A stretch of DNA of 61,760 nt from positions 1 through 61,760 of the forward strand of contig ONNE01000064.1 of assembly GCA_900319095.1 (NCBI GenBank), written 5' to 3'. The notes under the pieces are model-generated. The model had not been told where the DNA came from. It did not search any database and worked only from the letters and a program-made list of their open reading frames with translations. The stretch comes from an uncultured Eubacteriales bacterium (GTDB lineage Bacteria > Bacillota > Clostridia > Lachnospirales > Lachnospiraceae). The position numbers and the translations under genes are program-made. This document shows positions 46,088 through 57,228 of this stretch, piece after piece. Each line of letters begins with the position of its first letter. Position 1 is the stretch's first letter.

Positions 46088-47860
46088 CTAATTCAATTCA
46101 TAATAGAGACCTTTTTTCGCCATCAGTTCTTCATGTGTGCCAGATTCCGCAATTCCCTTATCCTGAATATACAAAATCCGGTCTGCATTTCGAATTGTCG
46201 ACAGCCGGTGGGCAACAATAAATGCCGTTTTGTTCTCAAGAATGACATCCAGTGCCTGTTTGATCAGATTCTCCGTCTCTGTGTCAATCGAACTGGTTGC
46301 CTCATCCAGAATTACCACCGATGGATTTTTCAAAATGATCCGGGCAAAGGACAGCAATTGTTTTTCACCTGCCGACAGCCCTGCCCCACGCTCCTCCAAC
46401 ATATGATGATATCCGTCGCGCAATTGGGAAATAAAGGAATCTGCAAAAATCGTCTTTGCTGCCTGAATGCACTCTTCATCGGTTGCATCCAGACGGCCAT
46501 AACGGATATTCTCAAGAACTGTTCCCCTAAAAATAAATGGGTCCTGCATCAATACACCGACTTCTTTGCGCAGTGAGTGAAGAGAGATATCCCTCACATC
46601 CAGATCATCAATCAGCACTCGTCCCCCGGCCACATCATAAAATCTCGTGAGCATATTGATGATGGTTGTCTTTCCGGCACCGGTTGGCCCGACCAGAGCT
46701 ATGGTCTCACCCGGTCTTACATGAAGGTCAAAATCTTCCAGAATGTTGACTCCCTCATCGTATGCAAACGTGACATGACAGAAATCGACTTTCCCCTCCA
46801 CCTGATTGATTTCCACGGATTCATCCGTGTCGTGGATATCGACCGGACAATTGATCGTATCGAATACCTGCTCAAGATTGGAGCTGACCTGTGCCAATTG
46901 CTGAATAATAAAAGCAATCTGCGTCAGAGGACCGCTAAACTGTGTCATGTAGTTTGTAAAAGCCACGACAATTCCGGCATTTAATAAATGATCTCCCTGT
47001 AAGATGAGATACAGACTCAGTCCATACAGACACAGAAAACCGAAATTCCAAAAGATTTCTACAATTGGTGTATTAAATTCGTTGCGGTAGACAATCTTCA
47101 TCCACTGATTCAGACTCAGATTGTGAACATAGGAATAGGTCTCTTCGCTGCTCTCTACGTGATTGTAGTTTTTTACAATCTTCTCTCCCATGATGGACTC
47201 AATCATAAAAGCCGTCCGGTTGGAGATTTTCGCGCGGTGACCTCCAAACAGTTTTCGAACCGCATATCGCAGCAAAAACACACAGGCCATCATCGGGATG
47301 ACCGCAGCGAAGACAACACCGGTCAGCAATGGACTCAGCCCCAGCATAAAAAATGTGACAATCACAATCTTGGCAATATAGGAAAGGAGCAAGATCACAT
47401 AATTTGTAAAAAAGTTTGCCAGATCATTGATATAGTCTGTCACTCGCACCACAATCTTTCCATCCGGCTTTGAGTCAAAATAGTCAAAGGATAATTCCTG
47501 AAGCTTGTAGAAGATATCCTGCCGTATTTTGGCAATTATATTGTGCCCCATTGTTCCCATCAGTCTCTGATGAATCAGGGTCACAACAATCTCAATCGCA
47601 GCCAGGCCCGCCATCGCAAAAAGAATCCACGTCAAAGTGGCATACTGCTCTGACACAACAACCTCATCAATAATCTTTTTGAGGAGAAGCGGTGTGACCA
47701 TGGCAACGCCTGAAGACACAATCATCAAAACACAAACAAACAAAAAAATCATTTTATAAGGAAGAATATAACGAAGGATCTTGGCCAACTGACGCATATC
47801 AATCTTGCGTTCAATCACTTCGTCCTGAAAATACGTATTTCGCTTTGCCACTTTTGTCAC
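46088..47860 (-). CDS. ABC exporter, TMD-NBD half (canonical Walker B)
   Basis: GPTGAGKTT, LSAGEKQ, LDEATS and AHRLST motifs. Confidence 0.95.
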   Translation of the reverse strand: MTKVAKRNTYFQDEVIERKIDMRQLAKILRYILPYKMIFLFVCVLMIVSSGVAMVTPLLLKKIIDEVVVSEQYATLTWILFAMAGLAAIEIVVTLIHQRLMGTMGHNIIAKIRQDIFYKLQELSFDYFDSKPDGKIVVRVTDYINDLANFFTNYVILLLSYIAKIVIVTFFMLGLSPLLTGVVFAAVIPMMACVFLLRYAVRKLFGGHRAKISNRTAFMIESIMGEKIVKNYNHVESSEETYSYVHNLSLNQWMKIVYRNEFNTPIVEIFWNFGFLCLYGLSLYLILQGDHLLNAGIVVAFTNYMTQFSGPLTQIAFIIQQLAQVSSNLEQVFDTINCPVDIHDTDESVEINQVEGKVDFCHVTFAYDEGVNILEDFDLHVRPGETIALVGPTGAGKTTIINMLTRFYDVAGGRVLIDDLDVRDISLHSLRKEVGVLMQDPFIFRGTVLENIRYGRLDATDEECIQAAKTIFADSFISQLRDGYHHMLEERGAGLSAGEKQLLSFARIILKNPSVVILDEATSSIDTETENLIKQALDVILENKTAFIVAHRLSTIRNADRILYIQDKGIAESGTHEELMAKKGLYYELN

Positions 47861-49674
47861 ACCTCCCTCTCAGACAAACTGTCAAAATCAACAACCGACT
47901 TTCTCTGTGCCTGTTGAATCCGATATACACTGGCAAAATGTCCATCCAGCTCCATCAACTCATCAAATGTTCCCCTCTCTACAATCTCGCCATCCAGCAG
48001 ATACAAAATCTCATCGCAATCGACCACGGATGACAAGCGGTGGGCAGAGATCAACAATGTTTTGTCGTGATAATATTTTTTTATATCGGACAGCAGCCTC
48101 TTTTCCGTCTCCACATCCAGAGCGGACGTAGAATCATCCAAAACCAGTACCGGAGCATCCTTTAAAAGTGCCCTCGCAATCGATACACGCTGCTTTTGTC
48201 CACCCGAAATTCCCAGTCCTCTCTCTCCCACAATTGTCTCATAACCGTCCGCAAGCTTTTGGATAAAAGAATCTGCCTGTGCGTGCTTTGCCGCCCGCAC
48301 GACTGACTCCTCATCAATTTCCGGTTTTGCATAAGAAATGTTTGAGTCAATGGTATTCGAGAATAAAAATACGTCCTGAAAAACATAGGCAAATTGATCC
48401 CGCAGTGAATTTAACCGGTATCTTCGTATATTTTTTCCGTTAACAAGAATCTCACCCTCTGTCATGTCATGAATCCGGATAAGAGACTCCAGCAGTGTAC
48501 TTTTTCCACTTCCTGTTCCTCCCACGATCCCAACTTTCTTGCCATAGGGGATATCGAGCGTAATATCTTTGAGCACATTCTTTGTGTTCAATTTCATCGA
48601 TGCATGCTGAAATTGGATATGAGGTTCCCGTTCCCGGATTTCTTCTTCCCCATCCGGAATACGGCTCTCTTCTTCCATAAAGTGCATCATCTTATATCCG
48701 GACACGACCTGCTGCTGCATTTGGAACATCATATTGTTGATCATCGTAATATAATTCATGATTTTTAACACATATTCCGTACAGGCAACCAGATATCCCA
48801 GGCGCATCTGTCCATTCATGACCAGAACTGCACTCACTCCAATGCTGCCAATGTAGGCAACCTGTTTGATACTGCTAAACACTGCCTCAAAATTTGAGGA
48901 CAGTTTCACCTGTCTGATATAAGAATTTTTTAGCGCGTCATTCGAGGAATCAAACTTTTCTTTTTCTCTTTCTTCATTGGTAAACGAGCGAACCAGCCGA
49001 ACCGCCTCAATGTTTTCCTGAACGCTCAGATTCATATCCGAATTGCACGCCCGGATATCACGATAATTGAAACGGGCCCTTTTTTTGAACTGACGAAGCG
49101 CGATGGCAAACACCGGTGACAGAACCACCGGGATAATCAGCAAATATGCATTGATCATCGCCAGAATAACAACCGCTGTAATCAGAACAAAGACACTGTC
49201 AATGATGCTCGGAATGATGCGGCAAAACATTTCTTTGTACATAATGGTATCGGAATTGATCGTAGTCAGAAGCTCTCCGGTATTGTACTCAGAGATCGTG
49301 GCACTATCCAGTGTCATAAGCTTGTGAAACGTATCCATGCGAAGATCCGTCTCAAGACCAAGACCCAGTTTCTGATTCCATACATTTTTGATATAGATCA
49401 ACAGCAGCTTAACGATTAAGAGTCCCAAAAACACAGCTGCCAGATGCCAAAACAACGTCATGGAATGTATTGCGCCATATTGTCCACTCAGTAAAAAGGA
49501 AAACACATTATCACTCTTTGGCTCATTTGACTGAATGATATAATCCACAAACATAGAAGTAAGTAGTGGCAGCATTAAATCCGCAGTTAATGCCAAAAAA
49601 CTCATAATCTGTGTTATTATTGCCCGCCCAAAATACTTTTTCCAGTAGCGGAATCCAAATTTTAATACATCCAT
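47857..49674 (-). CDS. ABC exporter, TMD-NBD half (degenerate Walker B)
   Basis: GGTGSGKS, ISGGQKQR and LDDSTS motifs. Heterodimer partner of the adjacent gene. Confidence 0.95.
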   Translation of the reverse strand: MDVLKFGFRYWKKYFGRAIITQIMSFLALTADLMLPLLTSMFVDYIIQSNEPKSDNVFSFLLSGQYGAIHSMTLFWHLAAVFLGLLIVKLLLIYIKNVWNQKLGLGLETDLRMDTFHKLMTLDSATISEYNTGELLTTINSDTIMYKEMFCRIIPSIIDSVFVLITAVVILAMINAYLLIIPVVLSPVFAIALRQFKKRARFNYRDIRACNSDMNLSVQENIEAVRLVRSFTNEEREKEKFDSSNDALKNSYIRQVKLSSNFEAVFSSIKQVAYIGSIGVSAVLVMNGQMRLGYLVACTEYVLKIMNYITMINNMMFQMQQQVVSGYKMMHFMEEESRIPDGEEEIREREPHIQFQHASMKLNTKNVLKDITLDIPYGKKVGIVGGTGSGKSTLLESLIRIHDMTEGEILVNGKNIRRYRLNSLRDQFAYVFQDVFLFSNTIDSNISYAKPEIDEESVVRAAKHAQADSFIQKLADGYETIVGERGLGISGGQKQRVSIARALLKDAPVLVLDDSTSALDVETEKRLLSDIKKYYHDKTLLISAHRLSSVVDCDEILYLLDGEIVERGTFDELMELDGHFASVYRIQQAQRKSVVDFDSLSEREV

Positions 49675-49688
49675 AGAAATTTAATCTC

Positions 49689-52124
49689 CTATTCTTTTAC
49701 GGCCAATGTTGCCGGTGGTTTGGATAAAATACCATAGACCGGCATAATGCTGATCAGCGCGTGAACCACATAGAGACAAACCAGTAAAATCAGTGCTGAC
49801 CACCACGGAAAATTCATGGCGATTTCAAGCGAAGGAATTGAACCAATGAACTGAATGACTCCACAGGTGAGAGCTACAGCCGGGAGCGAAGTATAACTCG
49901 TAACTAAGATCATCTCCAGCATAAATGCCTTCAGTATACTGCCGCGCGAGATACCGATCAGCCGGTAGACCGTCAGCTCCTCGCTTCTTGATGTCGCATT
50001 GGACTTGATCGTAAAGTAGACCATGACAAGCGAGATAATGGCGATTGCAATCGGAATCAGTTTCTTGGCATCCATATCGCTTGAATATTTCTGCTGATAT
50101 TCTTTGATCTGATCTTTTGCCGGAATGGACAGATTCAACTTGAACGCTTTTCCATAGTCACTTCCATTCTCCTCGAGATAATCATATGTCTCCTGCGGAT
50201 TGTCACAGTAGATATAGGTAACTTTATTTTCATAGATCATCACATTGCGAATATCAATACAGCCCTGATCTGAGAGTACGTAGTCATATCCCAGCCCATC
50301 CGGAATGGTTCCCGCTACCTGATAGGTCATGACCGTATCCGTTCCGATGTCAACCTTGCTCTTATCTTCCAGATTTTCATACAGTGTCTTGCGCACCAGA
50401 ACCTCATCCTCTTTCAGAGAGGTATCCGCAAATTCATCCTCAACATCTGCCTGAAGCTCAGCCACACTTGCAATCTTGTATCCCTTCGCACTGATTCCCA
50501 AGAGTACATTCTGACTGCAATAGATACTCGGTTCTTTTGTATCACAGATTCCCACAATCGTCAGCTGTGTGTCAACAGCGGAAATCGCAATCTTCATGCC
50601 GAGATAAGACTCCTCCTCTTTGTGCAGAGAGGCAACCGAAGTTCTCGTCGCCGCCAGTTTTGCCAGAATGCGCTTATCCACCACAACCTCCGTCTGTTTT
50701 TTCGGCATCTGTCCGTAGACCAGATCACTCTCTGACAGATGCTCCGGTGAGACAAATGAAAAATCCTCAATCTTTTGCGTTAGATTGATCAACTGTTTAT
50801 ATCCGTCTCCTGTCAGATAAATGCTGGCGGTCGGCATAAAGAAGGGAACTCCCCGCTTACCATCGCCAAAAAACTCCTCCAAAAGATCCATTCTCTTCAT
50901 GCGGTCATTCGTTGAAAATCTCGCTCCGGCATTCGAAAAAATCATTTCTACATAGTGGTCATCCGTTGCCACGATTGTCGATTCATTCACCGTAAATGTA
51001 TTGATAAATTGTGCCATTGTCACGGACAAAAGGACGGCTGTCACCAACAAGATGGTTATGATAAATGCCTGTTTCTTTCCCATCATCTGTATATTTTCCA
51101 CCGCCATGCGCATGATCTCTTTCCTTCCCAGATGCGCAGATCCCTTGCTCTTTAGCTTTGGCAGATCATAAGAAAAATTGTCCACCTCTTCCATGTCCAG
51201 AGTCGGCCGCTCTTCGTCCAACATTTGAACGCCATTCTCCACACCCTCAATCAAAATATCACAGTCCATGTGATTTTGAATGTAGAGCTTGCCGTCTCTC
51301 CACGCAAAACTCAGCTCAATCTTTCTAGGAATATCTTCTCTTCGGTTGTACATCCGGAATTCCGCCCATTCATCCGAAAGATCCGTTCTCTCAAGTTCCT
51401 TCAGATAGATGTTTGAATCGTCACTTCTCTCATAGGAATCCAGCGGATCATTCGGCTCATCGCGGACGATTTTCCCATCGCACACCTCAATGATTCGATC
51501 GGCAAAAAATTTGGCGATTCTCTTTTCGTGTGTGACAAGAAGAACCAGACACTCTTTTGAGATATTTTTCAAAATACTCATCGTTCGGAGTGTATTTTCC
51601 TCATCCAGATTTCCTGTCGGCTCATCCGCGAAAATAACATCCGGTGACTTGACCAGTGCGCGGGCAATGGATACTCTCTGCTGCTGACCGCCCGAGAGCT
51701 TCGAGACATGTTTCTTTTTATATTTTTCAATCCCCAGCATCTTCAACACATAGTCAACACGCTCTTCTTTTTCCTCTTCGCTCAGATCATACCGGTTGAG
51801 AGCTAACTTGATATTATAAGATACCGGATAATCTTTCAGGAGATAGTAATTTTGAAAAATATAGTCAAAGTGGTCATTTCGAATCGGCTCCATCACTTTG
51901 GGATCATACTTTTTTATCTCTGTATCATTGATCCGGATGGAACCGTCCGCAAAGGTATCAAGACCTCCGATCGTATTTAGGAGTGTCGTCTTTCCGGAAC
52001 CACTTTCTCCCAAAATACACACTAATCCTGTCCGGTCAAGCTCAAGGCTCACATCGTTCAATACATGCTGCTCATTTTTCTTCCCCTTGTTGTAATATTT
52101 ATGTAAATTCTTTACCTCAATCAT
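49689..52124 (-). CDS. MacB-like ABC transporter (NBD fused to FtsX-type permease)
   Basis: GESGSGKT, LSGGQQQR and DEPTGNLD motifs; 1 TM, a large extracellular domain, then 3 TM. Confidence 0.9.
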   Translation of the reverse strand: MIEVKNLHKYYNKGKKNEQHVLNDVSLELDRTGLVCILGESGSGKTTLLNTIGGLDTFADGSIRINDTEIKKYDPKVMEPIRNDHFDYIFQNYYLLKDYPVSYNIKLALNRYDLSEEEKEERVDYVLKMLGIEKYKKKHVSKLSGGQQQRVSIARALVKSPDVIFADEPTGNLDEENTLRTMSILKNISKECLVLLVTHEKRIAKFFADRIIEVCDGKIVRDEPNDPLDSYERSDDSNIYLKELERTDLSDEWAEFRMYNRREDIPRKIELSFAWRDGKLYIQNHMDCDILIEGVENGVQMLDEERPTLDMEEVDNFSYDLPKLKSKGSAHLGRKEIMRMAVENIQMMGKKQAFIITILLVTAVLLSVTMAQFINTFTVNESTIVATDDHYVEMIFSNAGARFSTNDRMKRMDLLEEFFGDGKRGVPFFMPTASIYLTGDGYKQLINLTQKIEDFSFVSPEHLSESDLVYGQMPKKQTEVVVDKRILAKLAATRTSVASLHKEEESYLGMKIAISAVDTQLTIVGICDTKEPSIYCSQNVLLGISAKGYKIASVAELQADVEDEFADTSLKEDEVLVRKTLYENLEDKSKVDIGTDTVMTYQVAGTIPDGLGYDYVLSDQGCIDIRNVMIYENKVTYIYCDNPQETYDYLEENGSDYGKAFKLNLSIPAKDQIKEYQQKYSSDMDAKKLIPIAIAIISLVMVYFTIKSNATSRSEELTVYRLIGISRGSILKAFMLEMILVTSYTSLPAVALTCGVIQFIGSIPSLEIAMNFPWWSALILLVCLYVVHALISIMPVYGILSKPPATLAVKE

Positions 52125-54424
52125 GCGTTCAACCTCCCTTTCAATAAGCGATTAAAGAACAATACGGTCAAAAAGATCAGTAATCCGTTGTATGCAAAAT
52201 AGGAAAGATATGCCGCAAAATTAAAGTACCACATCATCTCACAGATAACCGGCACACCGGCCAGCCTCAGCACCCACATTGCCGCCATCGTCAAAACCAC
52301 AGCAAAAATCGTATAACTTCCCATTTCAAAATAACTAATTTTCCGTATGATATTCATCTTCATACCGATGAATTTGAGAACAAAATAGTCTTTAATCCGT
52401 ATTTTCATAAGAGAGCGCAAAATCAACACTTCCGCGAGCAAAAGAATAAACAGTCCAAAAGCCGATATTCCGATAATCGTCAGTCTCTGGGAAACCTTTT
52501 CCTGATTGTAGTCAATGACACTGATTCGATAACTGCTGATTCCCTCATAGCCCATCCGCTTTAATTTTCTGAGGACAACATCCGTCTTGGCATAATTGGC
52601 AATATAGACCGATGCCTGTGTGCTCTGTTTTTGATAATACTGCTCAAAAAAATCTTTGCTGACTTCAATAAAATCACTCGTGCTCGCATGACCCTGTGCC
52701 TGCGGGAAGACAAAAAGCACATCCTCTGTCTTTTCTCCGATGAGATCCCCTTTATCGTTGCGCGGCTGCGTTGTATAGGGAACCTCCCCTGCCTCCGGTC
52801 CTTCTTCCAATGCCGCGGACACACGTGCCTCCACACCGTTCAGATCTTCACTGATAATAGGAATCATCTTTCTCTTAATTCGATAATCACCATAAGACTT
52901 ATCATATTTATACATCAGCCGGAATTCATCCGAGTCCAGTGCCGATGCAAGAGAGCGGCACAGCGCTGTCGAGAAATATACCTGCGTGGAAGTTTCCTTT
53001 AAGATTCCCACGATTTTGACATTCATACTATAATATTGATTCGCATCCCAGATATTTTTCGCCATAAAATAGCAGAGCTTTTCTGTGTCCAGCACCGAAG
53101 TGTCGTTGGAGTATAGAACAATTTCATTCTGGGATACCGGAAGTCTTCCGGCCACAAGATCTTTCTCCGAAATGGCTTCCGCTGATTTCATATACCGGTT
53201 CTCATTCAAAAACGTGAGCGTCTTGGTTGCCGTGCTGCTGTCACCGTCACTGCTTTTACTCTCACTATCCTCTTTAAAACGACGCCGGCGCGATGGATCA
53301 CTGTATACATATTTATAGTCCTGACCCTCTTCCAGATAAAAATTGATATCATCTGCCACGTCCCACAGATCGACCGATTCTACGTATCGGATTTTTTTCA
53401 GCGCATCTTTATCTTCCTGTGTCAGTTCCGCTCCATCCGAGCGCTTGACAACAAGCCGTCTCATATCCTCTCTCTGAAAGGCACTCTGTGAGTAGTTCCT
53501 CGTATAGTAGTCATCTCTGTGTTGAAACAGCTCTCCCACAAAAAGAAACGATGCCACTGCGATTACCAGCAAAAAGGAAGTGAACATAACCGCTCTTCCC
53601 TTTTGTGTTTTCCGGTTTCTCATAGCAAATAACCGGGCGAGCCGGTTCTCCCACTTTCTGTCTCTTTGTATTTGGCCGTCACTTCTTTTTTCCACAACAT
53701 CAACCGGTGCCTGCTCCCGATCATTTTCTGCATTTTCATTCACCCCGACATCGGAAATGATCTGACCGTCATGCACTCGAATTTTTCTTGTGACATATGC
53801 CTCCGCCTGATCGTAGTTGTGTGTGACCATAATGACCAGATGATCCACCGCCAGCTCGCTCAACAGACGTATGATCTGCTGCCCCGTCTCGCTGTCCAGA
53901 TTTCCCGTGGGCTCATCCGCAACAATAATTCCTGTATCCTTGGCAAGCGCTCTGGCAATCGAGAGCCTCTGTTTTTGTCCGCTCGAGAGCTCCGATGCCC
54001 GATGTGTCTCATAGCCATCCAGACCGACCTGCGTCAGATATTTCATCGCTGTCTCCTGCGCTTTCGTCTCTTCCACTCCCATCACAAGCAGCGCACTCAT
54101 GACATTGTCCAGAGCCGTATAGTGACCGATGAGACTATAGTCCTGAAAAACATATCCGATCTTCGTGCGTCGGTATTCCTCCCAATCCTCGTCATCATAC
54201 TGAAAAGTTGGGGAACCGTCTACAAACATTTCCCCCTCATCAAAGGTGTCCATTCCTCCGATAATATTGAGCAAAGTCGACTTTCCGCTTCCACTCTCTC
54301 CTGTAATCGCCACAAATTCACTGTCGTAAAATATCAGATTGACTTTTCGAAGCGCCTGTGTGACCGCTGTCTCGGAGTAATAGCTCTTACTAATCCCCTG
54401 AAGTTCAATCCTTGCCTTCTTCAC
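52121..54424 (-). CDS. MacB-like ABC transporter (NBD fused to FtsX-type permease)
   Basis: GESGSGKS, LSSGQKQR and DEPTGNLD motifs; same topology as the adjacent gene. Confidence 0.9.
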   Translation of the reverse strand: MKKARIELQGISKSYYSETAVTQALRKVNLIFYDSEFVAITGESGSGKSTLLNIIGGMDTFDEGEMFVDGSPTFQYDDEDWEEYRRTKIGYVFQDYSLIGHYTALDNVMSALLVMGVEETKAQETAMKYLTQVGLDGYETHRASELSSGQKQRLSIARALAKDTGIIVADEPTGNLDSETGQQIIRLLSELAVDHLVIMVTHNYDQAEAYVTRKIRVHDGQIISDVGVNENAENDREQAPVDVVEKRSDGQIQRDRKWENRLARLFAMRNRKTQKGRAVMFTSFLLVIAVASFLFVGELFQHRDDYYTRNYSQSAFQREDMRRLVVKRSDGAELTQEDKDALKKIRYVESVDLWDVADDINFYLEEGQDYKYVYSDPSRRRRFKEDSESKSSDGDSSTATKTLTFLNENRYMKSAEAISEKDLVAGRLPVSQNEIVLYSNDTSVLDTEKLCYFMAKNIWDANQYYSMNVKIVGILKETSTQVYFSTALCRSLASALDSDEFRLMYKYDKSYGDYRIKRKMIPIISEDLNGVEARVSAALEEGPEAGEVPYTTQPRNDKGDLIGEKTEDVLFVFPQAQGHASTSDFIEVSKDFFEQYYQKQSTQASVYIANYAKTDVVLRKLKRMGYEGISSYRISVIDYNQEKVSQRLTIIGISAFGLFILLLAEVLILRSLMKIRIKDYFVLKFIGMKMNIIRKISYFEMGSYTIFAVVLTMAAMWVLRLAGVPVICEMMWYFNFAAYLSYFAYNGLLIFLTVLFFNRLLKGRLNA

Positions 54425-55245
54425 CTTACCATATCTCCTTTCTCTGTCTGCTGTCCGCTCTCTGCGAATCCCTTTCGATATCCGCTCGGAGAACAGCAGC
54501 GCAATTTTTTAAATTGTCTTGAAAAATGCTCAACGTTGTCATATCCACACTGTGCTGCAATTTCTGCCACAGACAAATTTGTACTGTTTAACATATTTGC
54601 CGCATGGGAAATTCTTCCCCAGATAATATCCTGCTGTATGGTTCTGTGAAAGAAATCTTTGTACAGATGCTGAACATAGGAAATACTAACCCCCAATTTA
54701 TCCGCCATCTCCTCTGCACCTTCGGGCTGATATTCATAGTTCAAAATCTTCTTTCGTATATCCACCAGCTGCTTGTGGTAAAGCATCATTTTGTTTCCGT
54801 TTTTCTGTGCAAATGAATATAGATCGCTAAACTTATAAAAAAGAGTATGTGCCATCTGATCTACAATTTCTTTGTGATGAGGTCCTACGTCAAACACCTC
54901 ATCTAACAGCCTGGATGTCATGTCTGTAATACTTTTATTGTTGGGAAGAACCATCGGTGTATTAAAAGGAATCTTCAGCCTCTTAAAAAAAGAATCTTCG
55001 CCCTCTATGTCAAAATGGATCCAATCATTTACAAAATGACCATCTTTTTTTCTGTAGATCTGAGGGTCTCCCTTTTTGTACAACAGATACGTCCCCGCCA
55101 GAACCGTCTGGTATTCTCCATCCAGCTGTACCTCCGTTGATCTTCTAAAATGCAGGAACAGATAATCCCCTGACCCGTTTGGCCGGTTGACATCAATGCC
55201 AAGCGCATTTACAAAATTGTATCCCAGCATATGAACCTGTATCAA
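54421..55245 (-). CDS. AraC family transcriptional regulator
   Basis: Cupin-like N-terminus (RPNGSGDYLFL, DWIHF) and C-terminal SVAEIAAQCGYDNVEHFSRQFKK...SPSGYR. Probable TTG start at 55245. Confidence 0.93.
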   Translation of the reverse strand: MIQVHMLGYNFVNALGIDVNRPNGSGDYLFLHFRRSTEVQLDGEYQTVLAGTYLLYKKGDPQIYRKKDGHFVNDWIHFDIEGEDSFFKRLKIPFNTPMVLPNNKSITDMTSRLLDEVFDVGPHHKEIVDQMAHTLFYKFSDLYSFAQKNGNKMMLYHKQLVDIRKKILNYEYQPEGAEEMADKLGVSISYVQHLYKDFFHRTIQQDIIWGRISHAANMLNSTNLSVAEIAAQCGYDNVEHFSRQFKKLRCCSPSGYRKGFAESGQQTEKGDMVR

Positions 55246-55359
55246 TCCTCCTCCTCCTTTCCGTACAGAATAAATCAAGTTTAAATAACAGTTTTCATCA
55301 TTTATGGAACCCCCTTCATTTACTTGTTTTTCATGTTTTCTTGATATTCTTATGATTTT

Positions 55360-55387
55360 ATTATAACAAGAAAAATCAAATTTGCAA
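55360..55387 (-). promoter_or_regulatory. sigma-A promoter of the araC-ABC operon
   Basis: TTGCAA-16-TATAAT with an extended TG. Confidence 0.6.
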
Positions 55388-55424
55388 TATATAATTTACG
55401 TAATTTATCAAATTTCACTCTAAA

Positions 55425-55479
55425 TAAGAACAAAAAAGTTTTTCTTACCTGAACCGATAAGAAAAACTTTTTATTCTTA
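55425..55479. terminator. Long AT-rich inverted repeat, probable terminator
   Basis: AAAAAGTTTTTCTTA-N10-TAAGAAAAACTTTTT. Confidence 0.6.
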
Positions 55480-55600
55480 TATCTCTTATGTCTTTATTTT
55501 TTCAACATCAGAGGCATTAAAGTACCCAGAGAAAATCTCTTGAATCTTTAAAATATTCTTTGCCCGGAATCCAATTTTATGTAATTGGATTTTTCACAAC

Positions 55601-57130
55601 TTAGTTTCGGTCGATTGTGAAATCTGTGATGGTTCCGGCACCGGAAGATTGATCGGATGTGGAATACTTCTCGACTGTAACCGTTATACTGCTATCTCCC
55701 TTCACTTTAACTGTTCCATCGGTTGTTTTTATCGTAACGGTTTTTCCGGATGAATCCTTCACCGTTGCCCCATCAGAGACATTTAATTCTTTCAAACTGC
55801 AATCTTTTGTTACCGTCCAGCTAGTACCGGATGAGAGGTTCATCGTCACTCCCCCATCTCCTGTATAAGTTGTATCGTTGACAATCGTTCCGGTATAATT
55901 TGTGTTTGTTGTAAAATACAATGTAATATTACTGATTCCATCACAGGAAATATCTCCCTTGAGCTGTTCGTTGATCGCTGTAAACGTTACATTACCTCCG
56001 TTGGATCCCTTTTCTCCCCAGTTATTGCTTCCATCGTTTCCTGCTGCCGTCAAAAGGGCATTGTTATCGCTGTCAAAGTCCAGATTTGTATTGTAGAGAA
56101 CAATATTGGCATCCGTATTTGTGACATAAAACATAGAACCACCGGAGATTTTTGATTTCAGTGTGCTGTCCTGACACTCAAAGTCAGCCGATCCCTCACT
56201 GCTGTCCCCTGATGTGCTCTGATACAAAATCACTCCATTGGCAACATCCTCACTTGCCTTATTTGCACTTCCAGTGAGTGTACATGCCTTTATGCGGACC
56301 GTATTCAGGCCCTCCATACCCACAATCTGTGCACCGGTTGACTCACCGGTTGTATTGGTCACTTCAATCGTGCCGGTTGAGTAAATTAATGGGGAACCCT
56401 GACCGGATGTGCTGAGCTTACTGCTGTCCACCGAGACCGAACCGCCTCCCCGGTCAGTTGCCAGCGCTGCACAGTGTTCACCGGTTGTTGTAATATCCAT
56501 ATTAGCGGCAACAACCGTTCCTCCATATGTTGCATCCAAACCTCTTGAAGAGTTTCCGGTTGTATGAATTGTCACATTGGAAGCTTTGATTTTGGAATCA
56601 CTGCCCGTCGCGAAAATCGCATTGGATCCCTCAGAGTCTGATGTGATTGATGTGTTTGAAATATTAACACTACTCTTCTCCGTTGCCGCCACACTTGCAT
56701 TTAAAGCATAAAAATTGCTCTGGTCTGCACTGCTTGTATCTCCGGATTTTGTAATTTTAGCATTGGTAATGGTATAACTTCCGCCATTGGTTGCCAAAAC
56801 TACATTTTCATCAGACTGAGAGGAAGCCAGGGTTTCTGACTCCTGGCTTCCATCGTAGGTCTCTTCTGAATCGTCTGCTGTGTTCGCACTGCTGAGTGTC
56901 GGTGCGGAATCACTTTCCGGACCACCCTGTCCATCACCATCCGGTTTATCTGGTGGTGCACCTTTTTCTGAACCTCCGATGGCTCCTCCCGATACGCTCG
57001 GGCCTCCCATTCCACCTCCATGATTGCCTTTTCCTTTTCCTGAATTCATGAAAGTTCCAATCCCAAAACCAATGGCAATTCCCACTACTAAAAGAACCAC
57101 GCCAATGATTATCTTTACACTGTTTTTCAT
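55601..57130 (-). CDS. Membrane-anchored Ser/Thr/Gly-rich beta-helix-like surface protein
   Basis: N-terminal TM helix, Gly/Pro linker, and repeated I-x-T-x-G-x-x-S/A turns (ITSDSEGSNAIFATG, IHTTGNSSRGLDATYGG, ITTTGEHCAALATDRGGG). Confidence 0.7.
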   Translation of the reverse strand: MKNSVKIIIGVVLLVVGIAIGFGIGTFMNSGKGKGNHGGGMGGPSVSGGAIGGSEKGAPPDKPDGDGQGGPESDSAPTLSSANTADDSEETYDGSQESETLASSQSDENVVLATNGGSYTITNAKITKSGDTSSADQSNFYALNASVAATEKSSVNISNTSITSDSEGSNAIFATGSDSKIKASNVTIHTTGNSSRGLDATYGGTVVAANMDITTTGEHCAALATDRGGGSVSVDSSKLSTSGQGSPLIYSTGTIEVTNTTGESTGAQIVGMEGLNTVRIKACTLTGSANKASEDVANGVILYQSTSGDSSEGSADFECQDSTLKSKISGGSMFYVTNTDANIVLYNTNLDFDSDNNALLTAAGNDGSNNWGEKGSNGGNVTFTAINEQLKGDISCDGISNITLYFTTNTNYTGTIVNDTTYTGDGGVTMNLSSGTSWTVTKDCSLKELNVSDGATVKDSSGKTVTIKTTDGTVKVKGDSSITVTVEKYSTSDQSSGAGTITDFTIDRN

Positions 57131-57228
57131 AACAATCCCTCCTATCTTTTTTGGTTTGTTTTATGTTATGATCCTATCATACATGAACTTTTTGAACAAA
57201 AAAAGTACAATATGTAAGAATTGTGTTT

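Noticed and set aside
53666-54649. 327-aa plus-strand ORF
   Set aside because: Antisense to an ABC ATPase domain, a common source of spurious long ORFs.
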